DNA of 64,000 nucleotides from a virus (taxonomy: Duplodnaviria; Caudoviricetes): IMG/VR virus record IMGVR_UViG_3300007214_000006; one strand, given 5' to 3'. The notes beneath the pieces are model-generated. The model saw only the letters and a program-made list of their open reading frames with translations, made no database searches and had not been told where the DNA came from. Positions within the stretch are counted from its first letter, which is position 1. The number at the start of each line of letters is the position of its first letter. Shown here one piece after another: positions 49,822 to 59,640 of this stretch. The position numbers were made by a program, and so were the translations under genes.

Positions 49822-50699
49822 ATCAACAAGAAATAATAATAAATCACAAATATATTTCTAATAATATAAATTTTAAATATTATAATAAACCATTTAATTA
49901 TTTAGTAATAGACAATCTATTTAATAGCGAAACATATTTAAAAATAAGTAAAAGATTTAAATCATTTATAGATAGAACAGTACCTTATAAAGATCAACCT
50001 GGAGCAACAAGCAACTACGAAGGTTACATATCAGGATTGTCAGAACAGGATTGTAATGAGGGATATGATTTTTTTATATCAAATGAGCTCAAAACATTCA
50101 CAGAAAAAACTTTTGACATTAAAGTAACAAAATATATGTCACCGTCTGCTCATTTTCATAAGTCTCCATCAAAAGATGGATTTATACATAGAGATATGAA
50201 TATATGTTCATTCAACAAAAATTATAAAAAAAAATTAATTCTCAATAATTGTTTTTATACAGATGACAGTTTAGGGAAGCAACCAGATTCAGAAAAAGTT
50301 ATACGCAGCATAGCTTTTTTGTATTACTTAAATAATCCTAAAAATTTAGAAGATTATTACGGCGGAGGTACTGGAATTTATGACGGATACAAGGGTAAAA
50401 AAATAGATGAAATTAAACCGGTAAATAATAGATTATTTATATTTGAAATTTGTCACAACAGTTTTCATGGTTATGTTGGTAGTAATTTTGATAGATCGTG
50501 TATTGTTGGCTGGTATCATTCGTCACCAGCATATATAGTTAACAGATACTGGAGGCACTACTATAAAATGGCTAAAAGAAATGAATCTTTAATAGAGAGA
50601 TGGACATCAAATCCAGAAGGTGGATATTGGCCAATTGAGAAAGATCCTTTATATCGTAATTATTTTAATGGTAGTCTAAATGACTTAATGAATAATTAA
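49812..50699 (+). CDS. 2OG-Fe(II) oxygenase, prolyl-hydroxylase (PHD/EGLN)-like
   Basis: HRD, LYYLN, GGT, KPVNNRLFIF...H...RSCIVGWY. Confidence 0.8.
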   Translation: MFIDQQEIIINHKYISNNINFKYYNKPFNYLVIDNLFNSETYLKISKRFKSFIDRTVPYKDQPGATSNYEGYISGLSEQDCNEGYDFFISNELKTFTEKTFDIKVTKYMSPSAHFHKSPSKDGFIHRDMNICSFNKNYKKKLILNNCFYTDDSLGKQPDSEKVIRSIAFLYYLNNPKNLEDYYGGGTGIYDGYKGKKIDEIKPVNNRLFIFEICHNSFHGYVGSNFDRSCIVGWYHSSPAYIVNRYWRHYYKMAKRNESLIERWTSNPEGGYWPIEKDPLYRNYFNGSLNDLMNN

Positions 50700-50733
50700 G
50701 TTAGGTGTAATCTTTTATATAGGATAATTATTT

Positions 50734-51039
50734 ATGGATATATTATCAATATTAATAGTATCATTGTTTATGTCTGTAAATATATTATTTTTTATACTTG
50801 GTTATTTTTTATGTTTTCTATTTAATAAAAATACCTTATCGATCAGCGGGATGAATAGTAAATCAGATAAAAGCAAAAAACAAACACTCAAAAATAGTAT
50901 AGATATAGATGATAAAAAAATTGTAACAAATATAAAAATAGATAATCTTGAGAAAAAATACGAAAACATAGCACAATCGACCACCTCAAATGAAAATATT
51001 TCATCATCAATAAATAAATTAAAGAGCATGAAAGGATAA
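50734..51039 (+). CDS. membrane-anchored small protein
   Basis: Hydrophobic N-terminal ~30 aa, basic/coiled C-terminus; directly upstream of the actin-like gene. Confidence 0.65.
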   Translation: MDILSILIVSLFMSVNILFFILGYFLCFLFNKNTLSISGMNSKSDKSKKQTLKNSIDIDDKKIVTNIKIDNLEKKYENIAQSTTSNENISSSINKLKSMKG

Positions 51040-51043
51040 AATT

Positions 51044-52048
51044 ATGTCAAAGGGTTTAGATGTAGGAACAAGTTTTATAGTTATGTCAGAAGAAACAAAA
51101 TCAGGAAATATATCATATAAAGATTTTAGAGATGCTTTTTATATTATTAAACCAACAACGCCAGTTGCAACAAAAATGATAGAAAAAGGATTGAGCGGAA
51201 AAATATTTATAAAAGATAGTGATGGATCATTTATATTATTAGGTAAAGACGCAATAGAAAAAGCAGTAGAAAGAAATGATACAGCACGGCGCCCGATGTA
51301 TAAAGGAGTGGTATCAGCAAAAGAAAAAGACGCTAAAAGAATATTGGCATTTATTTTGCAAGAAGTAGTACAGAAATCAGAACAAGGAGGAGAAAAACTA
51401 ATCTTTTGTATTCCAGCTCAACCAGTAGATCAAGAAGACGAAGATTTTGATGTTGGATATCATGAAGATGTTGTAAAAACAATATTATCTGAAATTGGAT
51501 ATGATGCAAAAGCTATAAATGAAGCAGAGGCTTTGTGTTATGCTGAGTTAGAGAATGACGATTATACTGGGATAGGAATAAGTTGCGGAGCAGGAATGAC
51601 TAATGTTTGTGTTATGTTAAATGGTGAACCAACGGTAACATTTAGTACTACTAAATCAGGCGATTGGGTTGATAGAATGAGTGCGGTTGCAACAGGCGAA
51701 CCAGACAGTGTTGTTCAAGCAGAAAAAGAGGCTGGTGGTTTTAAAATAGGAGAAACAAACGATAATCCTGTTCTTGCGGCAGTATCGGCTTATTATGAAA
51801 GACTTATTGATTATACGACAAAACAGTTGAGTCATGCTTTAACTGGACATAAATTATTGCCTAAATTTAAAAATCCATTAACAATAGTTGTTGCTGGAGG
51901 AACATCTCAGGCTAATGGATATATAGAAGAATTTACTAAAAAAATAAATGAAAATAATTTTCCTCTACGAATAAAAGAAGTTAAACACGCAAGTGACCCT
52001 CTGCACGCTGTTGCAAAAGGCTGCCTTATAGCGGCTAAAATATTATGA
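51044..52048 (+). CDS. actin-like (ASKHA; MreB/FtsA-like) ATPase
   Basis: GLDVGTS (phosphate 1), INEAEA, ISCGAGMTNV (phosphate 2), VAGGTS (adenosine), AVAKG. Confidence 0.85.
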   Translation: MSKGLDVGTSFIVMSEETKSGNISYKDFRDAFYIIKPTTPVATKMIEKGLSGKIFIKDSDGSFILLGKDAIEKAVERNDTARRPMYKGVVSAKEKDAKRILAFILQEVVQKSEQGGEKLIFCIPAQPVDQEDEDFDVGYHEDVVKTILSEIGYDAKAINEAEALCYAELENDDYTGIGISCGAGMTNVCVMLNGEPTVTFSTTKSGDWVDRMSAVATGEPDSVVQAEKEAGGFKIGETNDNPVLAAVSAYYERLIDYTTKQLSHALTGHKLLPKFKNPLTIVVAGGTSQANGYIEEFTKKINENNFPLRIKEVKHASDPLHAVAKGCLIAAKIL

Positions 52049-53541
52049 AATCATTTAAAATTCAATCAATAAATATACAAAATAATGCTGAAGGAGGTAA
52101 TTGCACATGCTCTAGTCAAAATTGCGTTTGGTTATGCGAAAATGGAAATTGGACAAAAACCAGCGAACCGTGTGGCTGTATAAGTTGTGTTGATATAAAT
52201 CAAACATTGCCATGCGATCAGAATAATGCAGGACAAACTTCTGTATCTATATGTATTGGTTTTGATAATGTATATAGATCATGTTTAAAAGGATATGATG
52301 CTAATGGATGTGCAATATTAGGTGATTGTTCTGGTCCTGGATGTATAAGACCATGCTCTGTCCAGAATCCATGTAATGATACGAATCCTTGTTGTAATAC
52401 TATTACAGTATGCGATAATTCGCCTGGTAGTCCAACATGCGGACAATGTGTTACTGAACAAACCGGTGAGCCTAGCGATTGTTTTAATTGTCCCGAATGC
52501 GATAGTTCTGATTGCGACCCAACTGATCCACCACCTTCACCACCTCCACCTCCTCCACCACCACCGCCCCCACCACCGCCCCCACCATCGCCACCATCGC
52601 CACCATCGCCCCCATCGCCACCATCGCCTAATCCGTGTGAAAAATATGCTACTGGAACATACGAGTATAGAAATTTAACTTGGGTTTGTGTCGATAAAAT
52701 AACTAGACAAGAAATAAGTGCTGATTGTTGCGATTTATTGCCGCCAGAGCCACAATATGCTTCTATTATAGTAACATGGTCCGAACAGAATACTGACCTA
52801 ATCGGATCGTGGTTCGGAAAGTGGAATCTTATAAAATACTCATCATCTGGACAATATATTCCATCGATTAATGAAGCACAAATTGGTACAGATATCGGCC
52901 CACTTATGTTAAGTTGTGCTGGAGGAACAGGAGACACATATGTTAGAGCATATTCTTCTGCTAGTCCTATTGTATTCAATAGAAAAATTGGAATAGCATC
53001 TGGTGATTTATTTCAAGTAAGTCAATCTAATAATCCGGTTACAATTGTTGATTTACCTTCAGGATATGTATCAGATACTCCTATTAGTGGATCTATGATT
53101 TTTAATAATGAATCTATTGACTCTGTTTTTGGCACACAACTAGATAATGGTCCAGTTATTGTCGCATATGATGGCTTTAACAATTCAATACTTTTTAAAT
53201 TAGAAGATACAGAATATCCTCCTCCTCCATCTCCACCTCCACCGCCGCCAACTCCAGAGCCAGAAATATTTGACCCATGTTCTGAATTACAAATATTAGC
53301 ACCAGTTATAGACAATATTGTTTTATTTGAAAAAATCTGTAATTGTAAATGTTATTCTAACTATAGGTGTTTCAATGGATTTTGTGTTCAAGATCCTAAT
53401 GGTAATTTTGATTCTTATTTATCTTGTTTGCATGCCTTGTGCGAAAGCGAGGATTGCGAAAATAATAATCCTTTGCCAGAACCAACTCCTTTACCAAAAT
53501 ATCCTTCGGTATGTCAAGACCCATTAATTATTGATCAATAA
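52045..53541 (+). CDS. Cys-rich protein with extensin-like poly-Pro/SPP repeats
   Basis: Many Cys-rich modules; PPSP(P)nSPPSPPSPPSPPSP and PPPPSPPPPP tracts. Confidence 0.8.
   Translation: MKSFKIQSINIQNNAEGGNCTCSSQNCVWLCENGNWTKTSEPCGCISCVDINQTLPCDQNNAGQTSVSICIGFDNVYRSCLKGYDANGCAILGDCSGPGCIRPCSVQNPCNDTNPCCNTITVCDNSPGSPTCGQCVTEQTGEPSDCFNCPECDSSDCDPTDPPPSPPPPPPPPPPPPPPPPSPPSPPSPPSPPSPNPCEKYATGTYEYRNLTWVCVDKITRQEISADCCDLLPPEPQYASIIVTWSEQNTDLIGSWFGKWNLIKYSSSGQYIPSINEAQIGTDIGPLMLSCAGGTGDTYVRAYSSASPIVFNRKIGIASGDLFQVSQSNNPVTIVDLPSGYVSDTPISGSMIFNNESIDSVFGTQLDNGPVIVAYDGFNNSILFKLEDTEYPPPPSPPPPPPTPEPEIFDPCSELQILAPVIDNIVLFEKICNCKCYSNYRCFNGFCVQDPNGNFDSYLSCLHALCESEDCENNNPLPEPTPLPKYPSVCQDPLIIDQ
52528..52629 (+). 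repeat. poly-Pro and (Ser-Pro-Pro)n coding repeat
   Basis: CCACCG/CCACCT runs then CCATCGCCA units. Confidence 0.9.
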
Positions 53542-54557
53542 TGAAAATTTTTAAACTTAACAATATATACCAAATACAAAATAATGAATCAGAAGACAGT
53601 ACATGCTCGCAATGCTGTGCTGTGCCAAAATTATGCGACGAGTATAGCAGTTCAGCGGGAGCCAAGGTATGCATACAGGCAACATCTAAAGCAGATTGTA
53701 CTTCTAAAAATCTAGAGGATTTCGATTTTGAAGAAGATCCTGATTTAATATGTGGTTTTTATAAAAGACCAACTTATGGTGGCATTGTGGATGGCGCATC
53801 AAGTGCGACTTGTTATTTTGATAAAGACGGTAACGGATGCTACAGTCTTTTAACGTGTCGGCAATTAAAAAAACAAGGAGAATCATATACGGAATGCGAA
53901 TGTAAAGAAGAATGCGAAGAAAGAGGAGGAGAATTTAGCCAGCTGCCACCAGGTGATCCAGGATCTCCATGTGCAGGGAATTTTATAAATGGACAGTGCG
54001 GAAATTGCGAAGATAAAGAAGAACCACCGATAGATGATCCAGGTGGAACTATACCGCCACCACCACCGCCGCCACCACCAGGAGTGCCAAGTCCACCATC
54101 CGCTCAAGATCCATCCCCAGAAAATCCTCCTACTTTTCCTCCGTACGCACCGCCTTTTTCGCCGCCATCCGGAGTTCCAGGCCCACCAAGTCCACCACCA
54201 GGAGGACCAGCACAAGAATGTCCTATACCAAAAACACTAGAAGTAGAATCCACAATAGGATTTGATCCAAACGGAGGAACATTAGATATATATGACTCAA
54301 ACAATAATTGGATAACCTCTGTTACATATGACTATATTTTTGGTAATTTATTTATAAATATAATAACCAGTAATTCTATATTAAATAATTATATTGTTAC
54401 ACAGTATATAGTAGCGACTCAACAAACAATTACAACAAAAGCCATAAATACAAGTACAATTGTATATACATCTTGTGGTAATGATATTAATGGAGATTTA
54501 ATATGTTGCCCACAAGGTTGGTCATATACTGACGGTAAATGTTGTCCGCCATCATGA
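53541..54557 (+). CDS. Cys-rich protein with Pro-rich linker (N-terminus similar to 52045)
   Basis: MKIFKLNNIYQIQNN vs MKSFKIQSINIQNN; PPPPPPPPGVPSPPS...SPPPGG. Confidence 0.8.
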   Translation: MKIFKLNNIYQIQNNESEDSTCSQCCAVPKLCDEYSSSAGAKVCIQATSKADCTSKNLEDFDFEEDPDLICGFYKRPTYGGIVDGASSATCYFDKDGNGCYSLLTCRQLKKQGESYTECECKEECEERGGEFSQLPPGDPGSPCAGNFINGQCGNCEDKEEPPIDDPGGTIPPPPPPPPPGVPSPPSAQDPSPENPPTFPPYAPPFSPPSGVPGPPSPPPGGPAQECPIPKTLEVESTIGFDPNGGTLDIYDSNNNWITSVTYDYIFGNLFINIITSNSILNNYIVTQYIVATQQTITTKAINTSTIVYTSCGNDINGDLICCPQGWSYTDGKCCPPS

Positions 54558-54569
54558 TTGGAGAATATC

Positions 54570-55337
54570 ATGAAATATTTTTATTTATTAGTTTTTTTAT
54601 TATATAATATATCTACTGCTATGTCTGGAACAATAGATCCTTTAAACCAAGATATAGAGTATATAAATTATGGAAAAAAATTTAATTATGTTGGTAAATT
54701 ATGTGGTATAGGTGGTGACGAAAAACAATATTGTGCTTCTGCTGTTGCTATAAGCGATAGATTTATTCTTACTGCTGCTCATGTTATAAAAGGAGCAAAA
54801 AGCTGTACAATAACAATAAATGATAAAATTATTAATATTGTTAGTTTAGAATATCCTCAAAATTTTAATCCTGATGATTTTGGACATAATGATATTGCAA
54901 TAGGTTATTGTGAAAATATAATTGGTCTAAATTATTATCCAGAATTATACGAAGAAACGGATGAAATAAATAAATTATGTAGTATGTCTGGTTATGGTCT
55001 AACCGGAACTTTTATTACTGGAGCTGTTAAATCAGATCAGCATAGAAGAGCAGGATCGAATATAATAGATGGTATACAAAATGATTTATTAATATGCTCA
55101 CCGTCCGGACAAGACAATAATAGAACATCTTTAGAATTTATGATAGCAAGCGGAGATAGTGGAGGGGGTTTATTTATTGATAATAAATTAGCAGGAATAA
55201 ATTCTTGTGTGATGGCATCTGATAAAAAACCAGACTCAACATATACAGACGAATGCGGCCATACAAGGATTAGCAAATTTAGTAAATGGATTAAAGATAG
55301 AACAATTAAAATTATGGAGAAATATAATGAAAAATAA
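54570..55337 (+). CDS. trypsin-like serine protease (S1) with signal peptide
   Basis: LTAAHV, NDIAI, GDSGGGL; hydrophobic N-terminus. Confidence 0.9.
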   Translation: MKYFYLLVFLLYNISTAMSGTIDPLNQDIEYINYGKKFNYVGKLCGIGGDEKQYCASAVAISDRFILTAAHVIKGAKSCTITINDKIINIVSLEYPQNFNPDDFGHNDIAIGYCENIIGLNYYPELYEETDEINKLCSMSGYGLTGTFITGAVKSDQHRRAGSNIIDGIQNDLLICSPSGQDNNRTSLEFMIASGDSGGGLFIDNKLAGINSCVMASDKKPDSTYTDECGHTRISKFSKWIKDRTIKIMEKYNEK

Positions 55338-56241
55338 AATAGGTTTATTGCCATATATAAGAGAAGATGTGTTTGGTATAACTACAGATACTCAACAAAC
55401 ATGTGGATGGGAAATAAAAAAGTTTAATATACAATCTTTATGGAATAAAACACAAGGAGAAGATGTTATTGTGTCAGTAATAGATACTGGATGCGATATG
55501 GATCATGAGGATCTTAAAAATAATATTATAGATAGTGCAAATTTTGTAGATTCTAGTAAAAAAGCAACAGATGTTGCTGGGCATGGAACTCATGTTGCTT
55601 CTACAATAGCGGCGGAAAATAATGGAACAGGAATAGTTGGCGTTGCTCCTAAAACTAAAATTATAGCAGTGAAGGCTCTTGGGGATAATGGTAATGGAAA
55701 TATTCGTAATATATGTAATGCAATAAAATGGTCAGCAGATAGCGGGGTAGATTTTATTACTATGAGTTTAGGATCTCATCAATCTTCTATTGATCTAAAA
55801 ACAGCTATAGATTATGCTGCAAATAAAGGTTGTATAATTTTTTGTGCTGCTGGAAATTCAGGAAAAGATACAGATATTATGTATCCAGCAAAATATGATC
55901 ATACTATCGCAATAGGAGCAGTAAATGAGAATTTAGAAAGAACAGACTTTACATGTAGTGGCGAATCATTGGATTTTTTAGCACCAGGATTCAATATATT
56001 AGGTTGTGTACCAGGAAATAGATATGCGCTGATGAGCGGTACAAGTATGAGCAATCCGTTTGTTGTAGGATGCGCGTCGTTGTTATGTTCTTACAACAAA
56101 AAATATAAAAAGTATCAACTAAATACATGTGAAGATTATATAGAAGTGCTTAAAACCCAAACAATAAAATTATCAAACCCATTATATCAATCTAAAAAAT
56201 ATCAAGGTTATGGTATTATCAGTATAAATAATTTATTGTAA
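55327..56241 (+). CDS. intracellular-type subtilisin (S8, ISP-like)
   Basis: VIDTG, HGTHVA, AAGN, GTSMSNP; short N-extension with LLPY. Confidence 0.9.
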   Translation: MKNKIGLLPYIREDVFGITTDTQQTCGWEIKKFNIQSLWNKTQGEDVIVSVIDTGCDMDHEDLKNNIIDSANFVDSSKKATDVAGHGTHVASTIAAENNGTGIVGVAPKTKIIAVKALGDNGNGNIRNICNAIKWSADSGVDFITMSLGSHQSSIDLKTAIDYAANKGCIIFCAAGNSGKDTDIMYPAKYDHTIAIGAVNENLERTDFTCSGESLDFLAPGFNILGCVPGNRYALMSGTSMSNPFVVGCASLLCSYNKKYKKYQLNTCEDYIEVLKTQTIKLSNPLYQSKKYQGYGIISINNLL

Positions 56242-57159
56242 AATAGTTAATTCTTCTAAGAAATTAAAAATAATATTAAACTGATTAATTGGTAAACAGT
56301 TGTCTACATACCATTCATATGCATTCTGTATTATATTTTCTTTATATTGTAAATTTCGAATTTCTTCTATTTTATTTAATATTTCTATATCTATATTTTG
56401 ATAATTTAAAATTTTATTTGTAATATTTTCATCTATAAAATTAATATAATGTATATTTTCTAGTAATGGATTATGAGTATTAGATTCAAATGGAGACCTT
56501 AAATTTAATACCTTGAGACCAAATAACTCCAAATCTCTATAACAGATATTAGCGGCGCCATTTAAACTCAACCCATATAAGTGTTGAGAAAGTTCATTAT
56601 AATAATCTTTTTTTTGTTTTATAGTATGTGGTTTAATATATATATTAAAATTATCATACTGTTTTAATACATTTAATATATTTTCTCTGATACCATGAGC
56701 CATTCCGGCAAAATAAATTTGTTCATAATTTTTGATATTGTTGTTAAAATTTGATATTAGATCATGATCGGACCAATTTTCTAAATAATATACGGATGGA
56801 CAAACATAAGAATATTTATCTATTAAAAATTTACTAATATTTGATACAGCAGAAAATTTTACAATATTTAATTGTCGTTTATTACACCATTCAATTGTAG
56901 CATTAGAGTAATCATACCAACTATGAACAAAAAACTTTTCTGTGTTTTTATTATATAGTATTAAATTAAACCAATTAAATAAACTATCAGAATTATTATC
57001 TAGCACATGATTAAATCTATTAGCAAATAACGATATCGGTTCATAAGTTAAATTAATATTAAGTTTGGATTGGATACTATTATGAAAATATTTATAAAAT
57101 TCACTAACATACCAGTCGTTATATCCTTGTTCGTAAGATATAATGTATTCTGAATTCAT
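56233..57159 (-). CDS. GT-B/exostosin (GT47)-like glycosyltransferase
   Basis: IYFAG...RE; YYNELSQHLYGLSLNG....CYRDLE. Confidence 0.55.
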   Translation of the reverse strand: MNSEYIISYEQGYNDWYVSEFYKYFHNSIQSKLNINLTYEPISLFANRFNHVLDNNSDSLFNWFNLILYNKNTEKFFVHSWYDYSNATIEWCNKRQLNIVKFSAVSNISKFLIDKYSYVCPSVYYLENWSDHDLISNFNNNIKNYEQIYFAGMAHGIRENILNVLKQYDNFNIYIKPHTIKQKKDYYNELSQHLYGLSLNGAANICYRDLELFGLKVLNLRSPFESNTHNPLLENIHYINFIDENITNKILNYQNIDIEILNKIEEIRNLQYKENIIQNAYEWYVDNCLPINQFNIIFNFLEELTILQ

Positions 57160-57160
57160 T

Positions 57161-58021
57161 TTAGTGCTCAGTACTATGTACTATACCTCCTCTGGGACCT
57201 GTTTTATATCCATTTGGAGTAAAAATTTTATTCCATATAGGATGAGTAAAGGAGATATCATAGCTATTAAAACCAGCTAAGTATGCAGATACCCCTATTT
57301 CAAAACCCTCCGCCCATGTACCATAAGAATAATCTCTATTTACTAAATAATCATGAAAAAATTTCCATTGTTTAACCATTTTTTTTAGTTTTTGGTTTGT
57401 ATTATAAAATAATAATAAATATTCTGCAGGGAGGCCGGCGTTACTCCACGGATGATTAGGATAATCTTTGATTATTTTGGTATTTTTATCAACTAAATCA
57501 TAATTAAATAATTTATGCCAAAAAATTGTACATTTATCATAATTTGGTTCTATTTTATCTAAATCCTGTAAACAATTTGATGCAAATGTATCTAGAACGA
57601 TTTGAAATTTTAAATCTGTTCTTGGGCCAAAGAAATCGAATTGTTGGTTTAGCTTATCATTTATAAAATTTATTACAATATCATTATCCCACCAATCGAA
57701 AGAATTATCACAGTCAGTAAAAATGATTAAAGCATCTTCAATATCTTGAACATGCTCTAAACATAAATATCTCATATTAAAATTAAAATCTGAAGAAGCT
57801 TTTTGTTTTCCTATTGGGAGCCTAACTTTTAAAGTTGATCTATCTATTTCTTTAATTTTAATTCTATCATGCTTGCCATAATGTTCTTCTATCACATACC
57901 TACAGTCGGTAGTGATATATATATCAATATTTGAAAGATTTAAGACATCTTCTATCATTCTTAATGTATAATCTCTTGTATAATTTTCGCCTAGACTGAG
58001 TGTTGTTATTATAATATTCAT
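57161..58021 (-). CDS. putative GT-A fold glycosyltransferase
   Basis: IIFTDCD DxD motif; within the glyco operon. Confidence 0.45.
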   Translation of the reverse strand: MNIIITTLSLGENYTRDYTLRMIEDVLNLSNIDIYITTDCRYVIEEHYGKHDRIKIKEIDRSTLKVRLPIGKQKASSDFNFNMRYLCLEHVQDIEDALIIFTDCDNSFDWWDNDIVINFINDKLNQQFDFFGPRTDLKFQIVLDTFASNCLQDLDKIEPNYDKCTIFWHKLFNYDLVDKNTKIIKDYPNHPWSNAGLPAEYLLLFYNTNQKLKKMVKQWKFFHDYLVNRDYSYGTWAEGFEIGVSAYLAGFNSYDISFTHPIWNKIFTPNGYKTGPRGGIVHSTEH

Positions 58022-58072
58022 AAATTAATTTTACCTTTTTGTATTAGTTGTATACCAGTAAGAAAGTTATGA

Positions 58073-58771
58073 TTAAAGATTATAGTTTGTTGTATATATA
58101 ATATTATATAAGCTTTGCATTATTTGACATTGTTTACTGGGATTATACTCTGTTTCTATTTTGCATCTAAGATGAAAATTATTACCAATATCTTTTAGTA
58201 TATCTTTATTAGTAGGAGGTTCTGTAAATTTAATCCAATTGGTACGTATAAGATTAATTTTATAATCGAATAATAGCTTACCAACACTCATATCATCTGG
58301 ATAACTATAATTCCATTTATTTTGGTTTTCTACTATATATTGCACTAAATCCCTACTTATAATATAAGCTGATCCAGTTGCAAAGTCTATATTTAAATCC
58401 TCTGTATGATATGGTATCGGATATCCTGCATAAAATTTATTTTTAGGTTTATCATTTAAAAAATTAATTAGATTATATAGATGTATGAAACTAGAGCTAT
58501 TGGTTCTTAAAATAAAATCAAATTCTTTATTTTGTAATAAATATTCAAAAGCTTTAATAGTTTTATGCCCTATATTAGAATAAGACTCTAAGCCATTTAT
58601 AAAAATATTATTGTTTAAACACTTAGTACTATTATTGTCTAATAATTTATTATAGTAAAAAAAAATTTCTGTAAAAGGTGTTTTGACGCCGCCCCAGGTA
58701 GATTTAATACAATCATCCATAACAGAAAAACCATTATTATTACAACTTAATACCAAAATTAAAATTTTCAT
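58073..58771 (-). CDS. GT31/galactosyltransferase-like protein
   Basis: FDFILRTNSSSF, FATGSAYIISRDLV, PDDMSVG. Confidence 0.7.
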   Translation of the reverse strand: MKILILVLSCNNNGFSVMDDCIKSTWGGVKTPFTEIFFYYNKLLDNNSTKCLNNNIFINGLESYSNIGHKTIKAFEYLLQNKEFDFILRTNSSSFIHLYNLINFLNDKPKNKFYAGYPIPYHTEDLNIDFATGSAYIISRDLVQYIVENQNKWNYSYPDDMSVGKLLFDYKINLIRTNWIKFTEPPTNKDILKDIGNNFHLRCKIETEYNPSKQCQIMQSLYNIIYTTNYNL

Positions 58772-59640
58772 AAAAATTGTTTTACTTTTTCTTTAAGATC
58801 TTGGTTATTTTTTAAAAATTCCATAAGTATTTTTTTTGAGTTTGTTTCTGTTTCTATAAATCTACCATGTCTAATTATTTCTCCGTAGTCAAAAACAAGA
58901 TAATTAGAACCTATTGGCCTATCATCAATATTATATGATAGTGGTGGATAATTAATTATTAAATTTGTAAAATTATAATCCAAAGATGTAATATCTGTTT
59001 CATCATAATAATTAGTTTCATAATTTAAATTACGATAATATCCTTTTTTATTTTTTATATTTGTGTTATCTAAAGAAGAAATTGATAATTCTGGATTATA
59101 TTCAAGTAATTCTATAAAAGATTGTTTTTTCCAGATGCATGGCTGGACAGAATATAAGTGCCTATAACTATTTGGAATTTTATATAATGTACCACCAGAC
59201 ATTTGAAACTTATTTAAATGTGTTTCTATTTTTGGCCACTCTAATATAATATGATCACAATAATTTAAACTAGCAAATGAAAAAAAATCACAATTATAAC
59301 TTTTAATTATATTTAATATTGAATAAAAATTATTAATATTAATTTTTGAATTTATCATATAATCATCACAAAAAAATAAAATATATTCTGTATTTATATT
59401 TCTAAGAGCTTTAAGCATAGATTGTGCAAAGTGATTGCCGGATGCAGAAAAGTTTACATTAGCATCAATAACATTTATTTCTTCAAAATTAATAGAAGTA
59501 TTTTTATTAAATTTATTTGTAACAACATATATATTTTTAGTAATATCTTTTAAATATTTTTTAAATCTTGGTAAAGTAATATTAAAAATATTAATATATT
59601 TTTCATTAGTAAAAATTATAGAGCTAATATTAGTGTTCAT
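58768..59640 (-). CDS. putative GT-A fold glycosyltransferase
   Basis: YILFFCDDY; SVQPCIWKK. Confidence 0.5.
   Translation of the reverse strand: MNTNISSIIFTNEKYINIFNITLPRFKKYLKDITKNIYVVTNKFNKNTSINFEEINVIDANVNFSASGNHFAQSMLKALRNINTEYILFFCDDYMINSKININNFYSILNIIKSYNCDFFSFASLNYCDHIILEWPKIETHLNKFQMSGGTLYKIPNSYRHLYSVQPCIWKKQSFIELLEYNPELSISSLDNTNIKNKKGYYRNLNYETNYYDETDITSLDYNFTNLIINYPPLSYNIDDRPIGSNYLVFDYGEIIRHGRFIETETNSKKILMEFLKNNQDLKEKVKQFL

Noticed and set aside
52218-54304. Antisense and alternate-frame ORFs rich in Gly, His, Trp or Arg
   Set aside because: They are shadow readings of the CCA/CCG/CCT repeat tracts.
336-55354. Numerous short minus-strand ORFs in the ORF track before 56.2 kb
   Set aside because: They lie opposite well-supported plus-strand genes, with hydrophobic F/I/L bias typical of antisense AT-rich DNA and no motifs.
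56233-56241. Terminator at the strand-switch point
   Set aside because: The convergent genes overlap by 9 nt and no hairpin/U-tract is visible.
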